Shown here in pieces: positions 63,651 through 64,000 of a stretch of DNA of 64,000 bases. Numbering within the stretch: the stretch's first letter is position 1; the number at the start of each line of letters is the position of its first letter. The position numbers were made by a program, and so were the translations under genes. Under the pieces are notes generated by a model. It searched no databases. It worked only from the letters and a program-made list of their open reading frames with translations, and had not been told where the DNA came from. The stretch is from Kudoa neothunni. Taxonomy: Eukaryota > Animalia > Cnidaria. The stretch covers positions 5,512,898 to 5,576,897 of the forward strand of contig OZ199839.1 in assembly GCA_964304625.1 (NCBI GenBank), read 5' to 3'.

Positions 63651-64000
63651 TATGTTGGACTATCTAGGACATGCTACCGCTCCACTTTCGAAGCATAATA
63701 TTAGTAGAATGAAATCTCCAATATGTCACCCGCTAGCGCGGCTTGCACATATATTAACTTTGTATTATTATCGTAGTCGCGTGATTGTTAGTTTTAATAA
63801 AACGTGTTTCTATGGCCGCATTTAATTTAACACATTATGATGCCATGAAATGTTTTGTAAACCGGTTGCAACAGGAAGAGGAAAACGTGCAACAACTTTC
63901 TAAAAACTTAATATCGCTTGGAAGAGGATGCTATACAACTCATAGAAAACTTCAGGAATAACATTAAACGTACCGTCTGCCAACCATACATTTGTATTAT

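Noticed and set aside
1-64000. CRISPR arrays, rRNA, prokaryotic operons
   Set aside because: No regularly spaced repeats or rRNA-like sequence; content is eukaryotic.

Overview
AT-rich eukaryotic, probably animal, genomic DNA with short (40-49 nt) spliceosomal-type introns. The window is almost entirely nested, decaying transposons: five Gypsy/Ty3 elements plus a gag remnant, one BEL/Pao, three Tigger/pogo, five piggyBac relics, two Merlin, two Mutator-like elements, one Helitron helicase relic and six non-autonomous Helitrons. The only intact host-type gene I can support is an intronless HP1-family gene (20220-20984, -). Main observations: (1) very compact 3.8-3.9 kb Gypsy elements with 83-127 bp LTRs whose gag ATG lies inside the 5' LTR and reads through the PBS, with the ORF ending in the 3' LTR in several copies, and a BEL element with a similar arrangement; (2) a ~680 bp fragment of a poxvirus-D5-like SF3 helicase inserted into the RNase H of a Gypsy element; (3) short introns in transposases of three DNA transposon superfamilies; (4) a MULE with ~300 bp TIRs and an apparent 3 bp TSD; (5) precisely reconstructable multi-layer nests. 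All family calls come from motif recognition by eye; no database search was run.
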